The position numbers and the translations under genes are program-made. From contig JAJDBJ010000080.1 in NCBI GenBank assembly GCA_029261395.1, positions 61,516 through 125,515 on the forward strand: 64,000 nucleotides of DNA, read 5' to 3'. This DNA comes from Nitrospinaceae bacterium. Its GTDB lineage: Bacteria > Nitrospinota > Nitrospinia > Nitrospinales > Nitrospinaceae. Below the pieces are notes generated by a model. That model worked only from the letters and a program-made list of their open reading frames with translations, was not told where the DNA came from and did not search any database. Position 1 is the stretch's first letter. Each line of letters starts with the position of its first letter. This document shows, piece by piece, positions 17,300 through 25,047 of the stretch.

Positions 17300-17839
17300 C
17301 TACATATCCAGCTGTTGCGGATAGGTGGCCTCGGCGACCTTCGGTCCTTCCAGTCGCGTGTTTTGTTGGGTCGTTGTCAGTCGATAGGTATTATCCTTGT
17401 GAAGACTTTGATTGAGGTTCAAAAAGTCGACGAGGATCGGAGTGGAAGGGGTTTCCATGTCCTTTTCCATAGGTGCAATGATAAAGTCCTCTGTGCTCAC
17501 GACATCCCGGTATTTACGTTTCATGCTCATATTATAGGCTTTGTATCCCGGGACGGCCTCCGCACCCAGATAAGGCTCCTTGTTCAGCACTTTGTAGTGT
17601 TCGGGGATGTAGACGTTGGCGAAATAGTCCGAACCCAGGGAATGATGTACCATGGCCCGGACCTGTAACACCCGCAAGCTGGCATCCGTCGGAGACATTT
17701 TCATGCTGACTCTGTAAGTGCGGTCATGAAAATTGAGGTTTTCAAGGAATACGATACCGTACAATACGTTGAACTTGAATTGCAGGAAGATGCCGAGAGC
17801 GATCCAGCCGAATATTTTCCAGAATTTTTTCACTTTCAA
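17300..17839 (-). CDS. N-terminally anchored protein of unknown function
   Basis: 179 aa with TM helix FWKIFGWIALGIFLQF. Lies 15 nt upstream of the J-domain gene. No recognisable motif. Confidence 0.6.
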   Translation of the reverse strand: MKVKKFWKIFGWIALGIFLQFKFNVLYGIVFLENLNFHDRTYRVSMKMSPTDASLRVLQVRAMVHHSLGSDYFANVYIPEHYKVLNKEPYLGAEAVPGYKAYNMSMKRKYRDVVSTEDFIIAPMEKDMETPSTPILVDFLNLNQSLHKDNTYRLTTTQQNTRLEGPKVAEATYPQQLDM

Positions 17840-17886
17840 GACCCTGTTTAATTCCTTAAGATGAATAATTCTTTGATTTTAAACAC

Positions 17887-17911
17887 AATTAACAGGTTTT
17901 TCCTGTTAATT
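17887..17911. promoter_or_regulatory. Perfect 10-bp inverted repeat AATTAACAGG-TTTTT-CCTGTTAATT
   Basis: Read directly. Lies in the divergent region between the gene at 17300-17839 and tmk, and is immediately followed by TATATATAAAAT (-10-like). Confidence 0.3.
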
Positions 17912-18016
17912 ATATATAAAATGGGGATTTGCAGTGACGCACTTTGTTAATTATTTCATATTGATACAGCTAAAAGCAACCTCTTGTCATGGTCCGGCGA
18001 AACTCGGCCATAATTG

Positions 18017-18652
18017 ATGGAAAAGGGTATGAAACTGGATCGGGGATATTTGATTGCGCTGGAAGGCGTTGATGGCACGGGAAAATCCACCCAATGCGCT
18101 TTGCTGGCCGATTACCTGGAATCTGCCGGATATCCGGTGGTCCGCCTGCGCGAACCGACTCAGGGGGTGTGGGGGCAGAAAATCCGCAAAATCCTGACGG
18201 ATGGGCGCGGGGGTGTGACTCCTGAAGAGGAACTGCAATATTTCATCAATGACCGCAAAGAAGACGTCAAACAGAATATTGCCCCTGCACTGGAGCAGGG
18301 CAAAATCGTGTTGATCGACCGATACTATTATTCCACCGCCGCTTATCAGGGTGCGCTGGGATTTGATCCGGAACAAATCATAAATGATAACGAAGTATTT
18401 GCGCCTCGTCCGGACCTTCTTCTTATCATTGAGGTATCGCTGGATGAAAGCTTCAGGCGGATTGAAGAAGGTCGGGACGAAATCAGTTCTTTCGAAAAGC
18501 GCGACTATCTGGAGAAGGTCCGGGCCATATTTGATACATTTACCGGCAAGCATATCCGCCGGATCGACAGCACTCCTCCAAAAGATGAGGTGCAGGCACT
18601 CCTTCAGCAGGAAGTGAATGCCCTGCTGGGACTTAAGGAAGAATCATCATGA
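18017..18652 (+). CDS. tmk: Thymidylate kinase
   Basis: P-loop LIALEGVDGTGKSTQ and DRY motif (LIDRYYYS). Start is either ATG 18017 or ATG 18029. Confidence 0.92.
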   Translation: MEKGMKLDRGYLIALEGVDGTGKSTQCALLADYLESAGYPVVRLREPTQGVWGQKIRKILTDGRGGVTPEEELQYFINDRKEDVKQNIAPALEQGKIVLIDRYYYSTAAYQGALGFDPEQIINDNEVFAPRPDLLLIIEVSLDESFRRIEEGRDEISSFEKRDYLEKVRAIFDTFTGKHIRRIDSTPPKDEVQALLQQEVNALLGLKEESS

Positions 18653-19203
18653 AGCGATTTATCATTGCCATTACCGGAGCCAGCGGTGTTTGTTATGCCA
18701 AGCGGCTGTTCGATGTCTTGCAACCGCAAGCGGAACTGCACGTCATTCTTTCCGAGCGAAGCGGGGAGCTATTAAAACTCGAATTGGATTTAACTTCGAA
18801 ATACTTTGTCAAAGAGAATGTGACGGTTTACAAGAATTCCAAGATCAATGCCTCGATCGCCAGCGGCTCCTTTCCGATAGACGGTATGGTGGTAATACCC
18901 GCCAGCATGGGGACGATCGGACGTATCGCCGCCGGTACTTCGGAAAGCCTGATCGAACGGGCGGCGGACGTCGCGTTGAAAGAGCGTAACAAACTCATTT
19001 TGGTGCCGCGGGAAACTCCGTTCAGTCAAATTCATTTGAAGAACATGCTTCGATTGGATCAGGCGGGCGCGTTGATCCTGCCGGCCAATCCGGCCTTTTA
19101 CCAGAACCCGCAATCGGTCGACGATCTGGTAGACTTCGTGGTCGCGCGCGTTTTGGATCAACTGGCTGTGGATCACGATTTAACGGAACCCTATAAGCCT
19201 TGA
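18649..19203 (+). CDS. ubiX: Flavin prenyltransferase UbiX
   Basis: MKRFIIAITGASG, VVIPASMGTIGRIA, LILVPRETP. 4-nt overlap with tmk. Confidence 0.92.
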   Translation: MKRFIIAITGASGVCYAKRLFDVLQPQAELHVILSERSGELLKLELDLTSKYFVKENVTVYKNSKINASIASGSFPIDGMVVIPASMGTIGRIAAGTSESLIERAADVALKERNKLILVPRETPFSQIHLKNMLRLDQAGALILPANPAFYQNPQSVDDLVDFVVARVLDQLAVDHDLTEPYKP

Positions 19204-19222
19204 GAATGGGAATTGCCCTGAC

Positions 19223-20413
19223 ATGATTTATCTGGATAATGCCGCCACCACGCCGATGGACCCCGAAGTGATCGACGCGGTTCAGGAATCGATGCGCAAG
19301 GATTTCGCCAACTCGGGAACCGTCTATTCGCTGGGGCTGGACGTCAAACAGCGTCTTGAGGATGCGGAGAGCCAGATTCGTGAGAGTTTATCCATTCCTG
19401 CCTCTCATAAAATCATCTTCACCAGCGGAGGCAGTGAGTCGAATAATCTCTTCATTAAAGGTTATGCTTTTCCCGACAGGAAACTGGCTTGTCTGGGGCT
19501 TGAACATCCTAGCGTGGCTCAAACACTGGAGGCGTTCCGCGAGCTTGGCAACGAGCCGGTTTCGTTGCTGGATTTGCAAACGGAAGGGCGATTGGATGTG
19601 TCCAATCTCTCCCGATTAAAAAATGAGAAAGTTAGATTGTTGAGTTTGTCTCACGTCAATAACGAATTGGGCAGTGTGAATGATCCCACTCTGATATTAC
19701 AGGCGCTGGCGGAGCAATCTCCGCAGACACGTTTGTTTCTCGATGGCGTGCAGGCGGTGGGCAAGCTGAAATTGTCTCCCGTAATGTGGCGGGGGCTCGC
19801 GGGCTATTCGATCTCCGGTCATAAAATCAACGGGCCGAAAGGTATCGGGTTGTTGGTGGTCGAAGGCAAGATCGACTTGCAACCGCAGATCCACGGCGGA
19901 CTGCAACAACATCGCATGCGTTCGGGAACTTTACCGGTTCCCTTGATCGTCGGTCTGGCTCTCGCGATAAAAAAATCAGTTGAGAAAACCGAAGAGACGA
20001 TAAAGAATAATCAGAAGTTGTCTCACCATCTGGTTTCTAAATTGAAAAGTCTGGCAGAGAGCTTACCTGAGTTGGAACTTCAATTTAATTCGTCCCTGTC
20101 CGAGGATTTATCCCGGCAATCGCCTTCCATCGTTAATTTCAGTTTCGCACCGGTGGAAGGGGAGGTGATGCTGCATCACCTGGAGGAAAAAGAAATTTTT
20201 GTAGGGCTGGGAAGTGCCTGTAGCGCACACTCCAAGGAGCCGTCAAAAATTTTAACGGGCATCGGCTTGACGCCGGAAGAAGCCCGATGCAGTTTGAGGA
20301 TTTCTTTCGGTGCACAAAGCACCCTTGCAGATGTCGACGCTTTTGTCGAAGCATTCGGGGAGGCTTACCGCCAACTCTATTCCACCTTCAACCGTAAAAC
20401 CACCCACAAATGA
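19223..20413 (+). CDS. Cysteine desulfurase (class V aminotransferase, NifS/NifZ/IscS-like)
   Basis: IYLDNAATTP, PLP lysine in SISGHKINGPKGIG, active-site loop GLGSACSAHS. 4-nt overlap with thiI. Confidence 0.9.
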   Translation: MIYLDNAATTPMDPEVIDAVQESMRKDFANSGTVYSLGLDVKQRLEDAESQIRESLSIPASHKIIFTSGGSESNNLFIKGYAFPDRKLACLGLEHPSVAQTLEAFRELGNEPVSLLDLQTEGRLDVSNLSRLKNEKVRLLSLSHVNNELGSVNDPTLILQALAEQSPQTRLFLDGVQAVGKLKLSPVMWRGLAGYSISGHKINGPKGIGLLVVEGKIDLQPQIHGGLQQHRMRSGTLPVPLIVGLALAIKKSVEKTEETIKNNQKLSHHLVSKLKSLAESLPELELQFNSSLSEDLSRQSPSIVNFSFAPVEGEVMLHHLEEKEIFVGLGSACSAHSKEPSKILTGIGLTPEEARCSLRISFGAQSTLADVDAFVEAFGEAYRQLYSTFNRKTTHK

Positions 20414-21603
20414 ACGAAAGCAGAACCATCCTGGTCCGGTACGACGAAATCGGACTCAAGGGAAAAAACAGAGATCAGTTCATCAATCGTCTGGTGAAAA
20501 ATATTCAAATGCAGATGAAGGATGTGGAGGGCCTGAAATTCAAGGTTCCTCACGGGAGAATATTTATTCATTGCTCCCAGGAATCCTCGGAGGAGTGCAT
20601 CCGAAGGCTCCAGAAAATTCCCGGGATCGCCTCGGCCAGTGTCGGCGTGACACGCAAGCCGGAATTTGATGCTCTGGCGGCAGTCGGTGTGGAATGGATC
20701 GAACCGCTGATGAAGCCGGGCGAGACGTTTAAATTTTGTGTGCGCACCAACCGCGCGGATAAATCCTACCCGCACAAATCACCGGAAATCGACCGCGAAG
20801 TCGGTTCACGTATTCTTGGGCAATTGCACTCGAAGGGACTCGAGGTGAGCATCAAGGAAGCCGACTTTATTCTGGAGATTGAGATCGGCCAGGATGAGAC
20901 GGTGGTTTTTAATAACCGCGCTCCCGGTTTGCGGGGACTGCCCGTTGGCAGTTCGGGAGATATTTTGGGTCTCATTTCCGGAGGTATTGACAGTCCAGTG
21001 GCGTTGTACAGGATGATGAAACGCGGATGCCGGGCGCATGGTATTTTTTTTGATAACCGACCGTTCATGGGGCGGGGTGGTTACGACAAGGTGGTGAAAC
21101 TCTCCAAACTTCTCAACGGTTATCAGGGGAAGTCCAAGCTGTACGTGGTGCCTTTCGAGGATATTCAGGTCGCGATACGCGACTTTTGTCGTCCTGCTCA
21201 CCGTGTCGTTTTGTACCGGCGGATGATGTACCGCATCGCCCAGGCGGTGGCACAGCAAAAAGGTTGTCTGGCATTGGCCACTGGCGAGTCGGTGGGGCAA
21301 GTCGCTTCCCAGACAATCGAAAATCTGAATGCAGTTTCCGATGTCGTCACCCTGAGTGTGTTTCGTCCGTTGATTGGTATGAACAAACAGGAAATTATCA
21401 ACGAAGCGCGAGAACTGGATAGCTTTGACATCAGTATCGAACCGCATCCGGATTGTTGTTCAGTCTTCATGCCGCCACGACCTGCGACCCGCGCCAAAAT
21501 CGCGGACCTGGAGGATGATGAAACGAAATATCCCTGGGAATTATTGATGCTGGAAGCGATGGGGAAAATGGAAACGGTTGATCTGGATAACCTAACCGTC
21601 TGA
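20410..21603 (+). CDS. thiI: tRNA 4-thiouridine synthase ThiI (short form, no rhodanese domain)
   Basis: THUMP-type N-terminal half, PP-loop LISGGIDSPVA. 397 aa, ending without a C-terminal rhodanese domain. Confidence 0.92.
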   Translation: MNESRTILVRYDEIGLKGKNRDQFINRLVKNIQMQMKDVEGLKFKVPHGRIFIHCSQESSEECIRRLQKIPGIASASVGVTRKPEFDALAAVGVEWIEPLMKPGETFKFCVRTNRADKSYPHKSPEIDREVGSRILGQLHSKGLEVSIKEADFILEIEIGQDETVVFNNRAPGLRGLPVGSSGDILGLISGGIDSPVALYRMMKRGCRAHGIFFDNRPFMGRGGYDKVVKLSKLLNGYQGKSKLYVVPFEDIQVAIRDFCRPAHRVVLYRRMMYRIAQAVAQQKGCLALATGESVGQVASQTIENLNAVSDVVTLSVFRPLIGMNKQEIINEARELDSFDISIEPHPDCCSVFMPPRPATRAKIADLEDDETKYPWELLMLEAMGKMETVDLDNLTV

Positions 21604-22101
21604 GGAGACGCGATTCACCTGTTGCGGATTCGGGATTTCTGCCAATAACGTCTCGATGGTTTTCCTCAGTTTGGGGTGAACGAAGTCCGGAGCGATTTCG
21701 TGCATCGGCTCCAGTACAAAACTGCGTTCGGCAATGCCCGGATGGGGAACTTCCAAATTGCTCTCCCTGAAAACGCAATCGTCATAAAATAGAATGTCCA
21801 AGTCTATAATGCGGGGTCCCCACTTTTCGTCACGAATCCGGCCCATCTTTTTTTCAATTCCTAGGCACGCCTTGAACAAAAGCTCCGGAGAAAGATGGGT
21901 TGTCACTTCAACCACAGAATTGATAAACCAGTCCTGGTCATTTTTTCCGAACGGTTCCGTTTCATAGAGGGACGACTGGCTGGAAACGGAAATGGCGGGA
22001 TGATCGTTTAAAAAATTTGTCGCTTCAATGCAGTTATCCGCCGGTGACTCCATGTTGGATCCGATGGCAATGAAGGCTGTATGTTCTGCTTCTTTGGGCA
22101 T
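21592..22101 (-). CDS. folK: 2-amino-4-hydroxy-6-hydroxymethyldihydropteridine pyrophosphokinase
   Basis: AFIAIGSNMESP, YETEPFG, GPRIIDLDILFYDD. Confidence 0.92.
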   Translation of the reverse strand: MPKEAEHTAFIAIGSNMESPADNCIEATNFLNDHPAISVSSQSSLYETEPFGKNDQDWFINSVVEVTTHLSPELLFKACLGIEKKMGRIRDEKWGPRIIDLDILFYDDCVFRESNLEVPHPGIAERSFVLEPMHEIAPDFVHPKLRKTIETLLAEIPNPQQVNRVSSDG

Positions 22102-22109
22102 ATGCGTCT

Positions 22110-23351
22110 CTAAAACTCGAAAGTGACCGAGGATAGTCGTTTCTTGATTTCACCCATGATGCGTGCCTCCTCTTCCGGTCCTTTGGCGGCGAACGTGGCC
22201 GAGAACCGGACAAAGTTGCCGACGTCGTCCCAGGGTACGGTGGAGATCAGATGCTCGGTGATCAGGTATTGCGAGAAATCTTCCGCGCTTTCAAATTTTC
22301 GTCCACCGGCGATACCTTTCGGCGCTTTTACGTAGAGGAAAAATGATCCGCCGGGCATTTTCGCGTTGAAGCCGACGGAGTTCAACGCATCGACCAGCAG
22401 AGTGAGCCGCCGTTGGTATTTCTCCACGATGCGTGCTGTGATGTCTGGATGTTCGAGCGCATAGATGCCCGCCTTTTGAATGGCGGCGAACTGTCCGGAA
22501 TCTATATTGTCTTTCACATGCGCGAGGCCTTTCACCACTAATTCGTTGCCGACGATAAAAGCGATACGCCAGCCTGTCATGTTGTAGGCTTTGGAATGCG
22601 AATGAAGCTCCACCCCGACATCCAGTGCGCCCGGTACCGAAAGGAAGCTGGTGGGCTTTTCATTGTAGGTGAGCGTTGCGTAAGCGGCATCCTGAATGAC
22701 CACGATATCGTTGGCCTTGGCAAACTCGACCACTTCCTCATAAAACTTGCGGGTGGCGTTGGCACCGGTCGGGTTGTTGGGATAATTGATGTAAAGCAGT
22801 TTGGCTTTTTTCGCGGTTGCCGCATCAACGCTTTTAAGGTCGGGAAGGAAACCGTTTTCCTCTTTTAACTCCAGGTTGACCACAGTGCCGCCCAGGTATT
22901 GCGTGTGCGTTCCCATCACGGGATAACCCGGAGTGGTCATTAATGTAATGTCGCCTGGATTGATGAAGATGGCAGGTGCCATCGCGAGACACGGTTTCGA
23001 ACCGATGGTGTGGTTGACGTGTTTCTTGGGATCGAGGCCCGTGACACCAAAAGTTTTTTCCATGTATTGAATCGCGGCCGATTTGAATTCATCAATGCCG
23101 TTATCGGTGTATCCCCGATTCTCCGGTTTTTCGGCTTCCGTCTGCAGAGCCTTGACGACTCCGGCATCGGCCATTTCGTCCGGTTCACCGACACCCATGT
23201 CGAACAGCTCCTTGCCGGGGTTGGCATCGAGTGCCGCCCGTTTGGCGCGCTTGATCTTTTCGAATTTATATATTTTGGTGTCCTTGCCAAACTGGCTTCC
23301 GCCCAGACGGTCGGCAAAGAGGCTTTGAATATAGCTTTCAGTCGATGACAT
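22110..23351 (-). CDS. Class I/II aminotransferase, LL-diaminopimelate aminotransferase-like
   Basis: PLP lysine in SHSKAYNMTGWR, plus NYPNNPTG. Start moved to the ATG at 23351 (MSSTESY) with GGAG upstream. Substrate assignment is tentative. Confidence 0.85.
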   Translation of the reverse strand: MSSTESYIQSLFADRLGGSQFGKDTKIYKFEKIKRAKRAALDANPGKELFDMGVGEPDEMADAGVVKALQTEAEKPENRGYTDNGIDEFKSAAIQYMEKTFGVTGLDPKKHVNHTIGSKPCLAMAPAIFINPGDITLMTTPGYPVMGTHTQYLGGTVVNLELKEENGFLPDLKSVDAATAKKAKLLYINYPNNPTGANATRKFYEEVVEFAKANDIVVIQDAAYATLTYNEKPTSFLSVPGALDVGVELHSHSKAYNMTGWRIAFIVGNELVVKGLAHVKDNIDSGQFAAIQKAGIYALEHPDITARIVEKYQRRLTLLVDALNSVGFNAKMPGGSFFLYVKAPKGIAGGRKFESAEDFSQYLITEHLISTVPWDDVGNFVRFSATFAAKGPEEEARIMGEIKKRLSSVTFEF

Positions 23352-23479
23352 CCGATAAACTCCGTACTTTTTTAAAGTTAGCTGGTTAACCCGCAAAGTC
23401 GGTCAATGTAGCCAAACTCATGCGCATTGTCAAGTTGTGCGATAAACAGCACGATCGCCGTGAATCTGAATCCGGCTTC

Positions 23480-23869
23480 CTAGTTCTCGGATTCCTCTTC
23501 TTCAGCCATATCCTCTTCGGTGACCAAATCGGCTACCTTCTGCGAATATCTCAGGTATTTGATGATTTCGGTGATCTCGTCCGCCTTCACATTGTTTTTT
23601 TGCGGTGGCATTTTGTCCGTTCCATTGAGAATCGTTTCGCGGAATTCGTCATCGGAAAATGCATTTTCGATATAATCGGTGTCGATCAACCCGGGTGCTT
23701 TCGTATTTGCACCCATGGCATCGGAGCCGTGGCAGTTCGAGCAGACGCGATGAAAATATTCCTGGCCTTTTTTAAATTCCTGCGGAACTTCTTTGGTCGG
23801 TTGAGGTGAACAGGCGGTTACGCTGGACAGCAGTATGAGTAGTATGAGGTTCCTTTCAATATATTTCAT
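23480..23869 (-). CDS. Lipoprotein-type monohaem cytochrome c with an acidic tail
   Basis: Lipobox LLSSVTAC, haem motif CSNCHG, distal Met in DKMPPQ, C-terminal EEDMAEEEESEN. Confidence 0.85.
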   Translation of the reverse strand: MKYIERNLILLILLSSVTACSPQPTKEVPQEFKKGQEYFHRVCSNCHGSDAMGANTKAPGLIDTDYIENAFSDDEFRETILNGTDKMPPQKNNVKADEITEIIKYLRYSQKVADLVTEEDMAEEEESEN

Positions 23870-23962
23870 TTATATCCTTCCTGATGATAGGGATGTTTTT
23901 TATAAGTCGCACCTTGTCCACAACTGGCCATGGATCAGGTGTAAAGAATCATTATTTTAGTG

Positions 23963-25003
23963 CTATTTGAGAATAAATGAAACGGGAAGTTTGAATTGGA
24001 AGGTGTCGATCTTCAATTCGGCGGGAATCACAGGATAGGGGGCCGCCTGGTGGACCGCTTTCAAGGCCGCCTGATCCAGTAATTGGTAGCCGGAAGTTTT
24101 CACCAAAGCGACCTTCGTCAGCTGTCCCTGTCTTCCCAGGGTGAAGGCGATGATCGGCTGACCTTCCATTCCCCTGCGCTTTGCTATCCTGGGGTAGTAT
24201 TTGGCGTTAGCGATCCTCTGCCGAACCTTGCCGGTAAACAGTCCGCGTAAATTGCCAAGATCAACCGTATTGCCCTCAGGTTCGTAAGGGTTGGCGGCGA
24301 AGGTTTGTCGCGGAAGGGCCGCGAGGTGTGTTTCGGGATATTTTGGAGATTCGTATTGTTTCGGTGACTGGGCGGCTGAACTGTCGAGAAGGGACGCTGT
24401 ATTGGATTGAGATTGGATGGGACCAGTCAGTGGATGTATAGACGCAGACTCGGGTTTTAGCGTTTTCATGGGGAAAGCAGTTTTGGCAAGCGTGACGTGC
24501 GTATTGGAGGAACGGACTTGCCTGATTGGAAGCCTGCGTTGCACGATCTTCAATTGACCTGCCGCATGAGTGCTCACCGGTATCGCCGCCAGGATCAATT
24601 GGGTGTTAGCAAGGGAAACCGGTTGAACCGGCGAAGGTTTGATTGTTTTGCTGGGGGATCGAAGCAACTGCCGTGCCTCTGCTATAGGAGGCAGGGGTGG
24701 AGTCGAAAGAGTAGGAGTCCGGGGTGTAAGTCGCGATTTTAAGTTTGGTCGAGTGGTCCGAGGTCGAGCCGGTGGTATTGAAGCTCGCTTGGATGAATCC
24801 AGCGTTTCAGAAGATTGAGATACTGGGGGAGTGGCTATAAATTTCACTTGAACGATTTTAGGCGGAGCCTTCTCCGGGGCCGCTCCATCCCATTGCCAGG
24901 ATGAAAAAACCGCAATGAGTCCCACATGCAGAAATAGAGAACCCGCAAGGGCGAGGTTCCCTGAATTTCCGCTAGTCAATTTGGATGTCGAAATCAAATT
25001 CAT
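23963..25003 (-). CDS. tonB: TonB-family energy transducer
   Basis: N-terminal anchor, long Pro/Ser/Thr-rich spacer, TonB C-terminal domain (YPRIAKRRGMEGQPIIAFTL...LLDQAALKAV). Confidence 0.88.
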   Translation of the reverse strand: MNLISTSKLTSGNSGNLALAGSLFLHVGLIAVFSSWQWDGAAPEKAPPKIVQVKFIATPPVSQSSETLDSSKRASIPPARPRTTRPNLKSRLTPRTPTLSTPPLPPIAEARQLLRSPSKTIKPSPVQPVSLANTQLILAAIPVSTHAAGQLKIVQRRLPIRQVRSSNTHVTLAKTAFPMKTLKPESASIHPLTGPIQSQSNTASLLDSSAAQSPKQYESPKYPETHLAALPRQTFAANPYEPEGNTVDLGNLRGLFTGKVRQRIANAKYYPRIAKRRGMEGQPIIAFTLGRQGQLTKVALVKTSGYQLLDQAALKAVHQAAPYPVIPAELKIDTFQFKLPVSFILK

Positions 25004-25014
25004 ATTGAAAGGAT

Positions 25015-25036
25015 GGGAGGAGGCGAACCTCCTCCC
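25015..25036 (-). promoter_or_regulatory. Intercistronic GC-rich hairpin between btuB and tonB
   Basis: Perfect 9-bp stem GGGAGGAGG / CCTCCTCCC with a 4-nt loop. No U run follows. It fills most of the 44-nt gap between the two genes. Confidence 0.5.
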
Positions 25037-25047
25037 ATGGTTATCAT

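Noticed and set aside
16940-17668. 242-aa plus-strand ORF across the J-domain gene and the unknown gene
   Set aside because: It lies antisense to a gene with an intact J domain. It has no start context and no motif.
21592-21603. Convergent 3' overlaps: thiI/folK by 12 nt, and the receiver-DUF1566 gene with the formyltransferase-like gene at 2883-2890
   Set aside because: Short tail-to-tail overlaps are common in compact genomes. I saw no additional signal.
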